A DNA stretch of 25,126 bases from IMG/VR virus record IMGVR_UViG_2740892271_000003. The stretch is one strand, 5' to 3'. Source of the DNA: a virus. Lineage: Duplodnaviria; Heunggongvirae; Uroviricota; Caudoviricetes. This document shows positions 23,260 to 25,126 of the stretch, one piece after another (position 1 is the stretch's first letter; every line of letters starts with the position of its first letter). Below the pieces are notes generated by a model. That model was not told the DNA's origin. It made no database searches and saw only the letters and a list, made by a program, of their open reading frames with translations. The translations under genes and the position numbers were made by a program.

Positions 23260-23779
23260 TCAGCAACCCCGGTATCAGTTCATCCAGCGCGGCTGCTTTG
23301 TTCATGGCTTTGATGATATCCCGTTTCAGGAAATCAACATGTCGGTTTTCCAGTTCCGGAAAACGCCGCTGCACCGACAGGGGGATCCCGTCGAGAATAC
23401 TGGCAATTTCACCTGCGATCCGCGACAGCACGAAAGTACAGAATGCGGTTTCCACCACTTCAGCGGAGTCTCTGGCATTTTTCAGCTCCTGTGCGTCGGC
23501 CTGCGCACGCGTAAGTCGATGGCGTTCGTACTCAATAGTCCCTGGCTGGAGATCTGTCTCGCTGGCCTGCCGCAGTTCTTCAACTTCCCGGCGCAGCTTT
23601 TCGTTCTCAATTTCAGCATCCCTTTCGGCATACCATCTTATAACGGCGGCAGAGTCATAAAGCACCTCATTACCCTTGCCACCGCCTCGCAGAACGGGCA
23701 TTCCCTGTTCCTGCCAGTTCTGAATGGTACGGATACTCGCACCGAAAATGTCAGCCAGCTGCTTTTTGTTGACTTCCAT
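23234..23779 (-). CDS. Nu1: Terminase small subunit Nu1
   Basis: 181 aa (MEVNKKQLADIFGASIRTIQNWQEQGMPVLRGGGKGNEV...), matching lambda gpNu1. Confidence 0.95.
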
Positions 23780-23789
23780 TGTTCATTCC

Positions 23790-24090
23790 ACGGACAAAAA
23801 CAGAGAAAGGAAACGACAGAGGCCAAAAAGCCCGTTTTCAGCACCTGTCGTTTCCTTTCTTTTCAGGGGGTGTTTTAAATAAAAACATTAGGTTACGGCG
23901 AAGAAGAACGGAAACGCCTTAAACCGGAAAATTGTCATAAATAGCGAAAACCCGCGCGCCTTCCGCCCCGTAACCTGTCGGATCGCCGGAAAGGACCCGC
24001 AAAATGATAATAATTATCATCTACATGTCACAACGTGCATCTACGCCATCAAACCACGTCAAATAATCAATTATGACGCAGGTATCGTAT
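23790..24090 (-). other. cos packaging region (cosB with the R1-R3 Nu1-binding repeats, cosN, and the cosQ-side sequence)
   Basis: The reverse complement reads ...gatgataattattatcattttgcgggtcctttccggcgatccgacaggttacg | gggcggaaggcg | cgcgggttttcgctatttatgacaattttccggtttaaggcgtttccg...ggaaacgacagg...ctgtcgtttcc. This is collinear with the lambda right-end/left-end junction and the aaacgacag R-site repeats as I remember them. Confidence 0.8.
23957..23968 (-). other. cosN 12-nt cohesive-end core, variant relative to lambda
   Basis: Flanked by the conserved ...caggttacg and cgcgggttttcgc... sequences. The minus strand reads GGGCGGAAGGCG, where lambda has GGGCGGCGACCT from memory. Confidence 0.6.
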
Positions 24091-24167
24091 TAATTGATCT
24101 GCATCAACTTAACGTAAAAACAACTTCAGACAATACAAATCAGCGACACTGAATACAGGGCAACCTC

Positions 24168-24401
24168 ATGTCAACGAAGAACAGAACCCGCAGAACAACA
24201 ACCCGCAACATCCGCTTTCCTAACCAAATGATTGAACAAATTAACATCGCTCTTGTTCAAAAAGGGTCCGGGAATTTCTCAGCCTGGGTCATTGAAGCCT
24301 GCCGCCGGAGACTGTGCTCAGAAAAAAGAGTTTCGCCTGAAGCAAACAAAGAAAAGAGTGACATTACTGAATTGCTCAGAAAACAGGTTAGACCAGATTG
24401 A
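24168..24401 (+). CDS. Small ribbon-helix-helix-like DNA-binding protein (77 aa), hypothetical
   Basis: MSTKNRTRRTTTRNIRFPNQMIEQINIALVQKGSGNFSAWVIEACRRRL... has a basic N-terminal arm, then a beta-strand-like RNIRFP, helix, G-x-(S/N) turn and second helix, as in Arc/MetJ/CopG-type folds. AT-rich codon usage; the Shine-Dalgarno sequence is weak. Confidence 0.45.
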   Translation: MSTKNRTRRTTTRNIRFPNQMIEQINIALVQKGSGNFSAWVIEACRRRLCSEKRVSPEANKEKSDITELLRKQVRPD

Positions 24402-24458
24402 AGCAATTTAGATAATCGTGCAGACTACGCCCCCTCATATCACATGGAAGGTACTACA

Positions 24459-24869
24459 ATGGCTCAGGTTGCCATTTTTAAACAAATATTCGATAAAGTG
24501 CGAAATAATTTAAACTATCACTGGTTTTATTCTGAACTAAAACGTCACAATGTCTCACATTACATTTACTATTTAGCCACAGAGAATATTCATCTTGTTC
24601 TTGAAAACGATAATACGGTTTTAATAAAAGGACAGGGTAAGGTTGTAAATGTAAGATTTTCAAAAAATAAATGCCTTATAGAAGCCACCTTAAAAGGATT
24701 CAAATCAGGAGAGTTATCATTTTACGAATACAGGAAAAATCTTGCTACAGCAGGGGTTTTCAGATGGATTACAAATATCCACGAAAACAAAAGGTATTAC
24801 TATACCTTTGATAATTCATTACTCTTTACTGAGAACATACAGAACACTACACAAATATTTCCGCACTAA
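24459..24869 (+). CDS. Hypothetical 136-aa protein (possibly YbcV/DUF1398-like lambdoid accessory protein); the track's alternative start at 24444 gives 141 aa
   Basis: Frame verified across rows 24444..24869. A GGAAGG Shine-Dalgarno sequence lies 7 nt upstream of the ATG at 24459. AT-rich, on the strand opposite the packaging genes. The family assignment is from memory only. Confidence 0.6.
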   Translation: MAQVAIFKQIFDKVRNNLNYHWFYSELKRHNVSHYIYYLATENIHLVLENDNTVLIKGQGKVVNVRFSKNKCLIEATLKGFKSGELSFYEYRKNLATAGVFRWITNIHENKRYYYTFDNSLLFTENIQNTTQIFPH

Positions 24870-24914
24870 ATCATAACGTCCGGTTTCTTCCGTGCCAGAA
24901 CCGGACTCGCTGGC

Positions 24915-25124
24915 ATGATGAAATATGTGTACCCGGTAACCCCGGTGTGCATCGTTTTTGATTATTCCCGCACACTCGCGCAGAAGGAGTTCCCCGTCGG
25001 GCTACGGTCTCTGTTAATACGGGAATACGGCGACGATTGGATTTGCCCCTATATTTCCAGACATCTGTTATCACTTAACCCATTACAAGCCCGCTGCCGC
25101 AGATATTCCCGTGGCGAGCGATAA
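24915..25124 (+). CDS. Doubtful 69-aa ORF (MMKYVYPVTPVCIVFDYSRTLAQKEFPVGL...)
   Basis: Open frame with ATG and TAA at 25122..25124. No good ribosome-binding site and no recognisable family; it may be non-coding phage backbone. Confidence 0.15.
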   Translation: MMKYVYPVTPVCIVFDYSRTLAQKEFPVGLRSLLIREYGDDWICPYISRHLLSLNPLQARCRRYSRGER

Positions 25125-25126
25125 CC

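Noticed and set aside
24871-25074. 67-aa minus-strand ORF (MITDVWKYRGKSNRRR...)
   Set aside because: It is Arg-rich with an out-of-frame-like composition and no ribosome-binding site, and it overlaps the equally weak plus-strand ORF. Neither is convincing.

Overview
This window is the late (morphogenesis) operon of a lambda-like prophage from an enterobacterial genome, probably E. coli or Shigella, lying almost entirely on the minus strand. Reading right to left it runs cos, Nu1, A, W, B, C, D, E, FI, FII, Z, U, V, G/T, H, M, L, K, I, J, a decayed lom, then a long side tail fibre gene (stf) and tfa. Most proteins look near-identical to phage lambda, judged from memory of the lambda sequences rather than from any search. 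The left edge (1..90) is the terminal segment of an IS1 element, followed by about 750 bp of AT-rich DNA with no convincing gene. A 130-nt N-run (1388..1517) sits on the stf/tfa junction, so the 1180-aa ORF in the track is an artificial fusion of two proteins. Right of cos there is an AT-rich two-gene island on the opposite strand (24168..24869), encoding a ribbon-helix-helix-like protein and a 136-aa protein of unknown function. This island is the best candidate for accessory or novel biology in the window. I see no CRISPR array, tRNA or rRNA, and no recognisable defence system inside the structural block. The interesting material is confined to the two edges, the lom remnant, the cosN core and the host-range regions of J and Stf.
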